The notes below the pieces were generated by a model. It was not told the DNA's origin, did no database searches, and worked only from the letters and a program-made list of their open reading frames with translations. A program made the position numbers and the translations under genes. A DNA stretch of 36,580 nucleotides from Ginkgo biloba (Eukaryota; Plantae; Ginkgophyta), in the NCBI GenBank assembly GCA_024626585.2, contig JANKJI020000002.1:144277209-144313788 (forward strand). The letters run 5' to 3'. The stretch's first letter is position 1. Every line of letters starts with the position of its first letter. Positions 36,003 to 36,580 of this stretch are shown piece by piece.

Positions 36003-36580
36003 GGTTTAGAGCTTTAGTATAGTACTTTTTGCTTCAAGGATTAAACCATTTCATCATAATCTTTTATATCTTTGATACACAATCGTATCAAATCTTCTTT
36101 GAGTTGATTCCAATTCTTCATTTCTCCTTTAGTTTCCAAGCATACATACCTTGTCCATTTCTGCGAGGATATAATGCTTCTTCCACACTCCCTCTACCCT
36201 AGTCAGAAACTTTACTTGATATTCTTTGCCATCATACTACAATTTCAAAGATCTAGACTTCACTTTATCAAATCTTTCTACGAATGCTATTTGGACTTCT
36301 TTCCATTCTATTCTTTGTTCAAAATGGATTAGAAGCTAACTTTAGAAGAAGTTTTTTCATCTTTGATTATTTCAAGTGATTGCAAAGAACATGCAGCCAA
36401 GTCTTTCCTTGCTTGAATTTCATTTGTTCCTTCTCTAGACTTCCACAACCTCTCATTACCTTTATCTATGGCCTTCCTAACGGTGCTCTGTAAGGGTTAC
36501 CTTTGCTAGGCAAAGAAATCACTTCAAAGTCTTGTTCTACATCCACCCTTCCACAAAATATTTTGACTTTCAGCAATTTG

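Overview
Gapped (many N runs) AT-rich land-plant nuclear scaffold, almost entirely old, nested, C-to-T-eroded LTR retrotransposon debris (several Ty3/gypsy copies, one Ty1/copia 5' end, a probable hAT remnant). Hidden among it, and mostly missed by the ORF track, are four short minus-strand exons of a host gene for a PhnP-like metallo-beta-lactamase-fold hydrolase (plant 'putative hydrolase C777.06c'-type family): 29840-29764, 15738-15619, 13204-13154 and 13042-12994. All have canonical AG/GT borders, and a ~14 kb TE-filled intron separates the first two. The 5' exons, two internal metal-ligand exons and the last exon are not visible (gaps or outside the window). Long TE-packed introns suggest a large-genome plant such as a gymnosperm or fern, but the taxon cannot be fixed from sequence alone. 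I see no convincing novel multi-gene system. The best leads are a structured candidate poison exon in the long intron, a ~540-codon decayed extra ORF in the env-like position of an LTR element, and an unexplained coding-like insert between protease and RT. Family assignments come from motif recognition, not database searches, and most ORF-track entries are artefacts of N runs.
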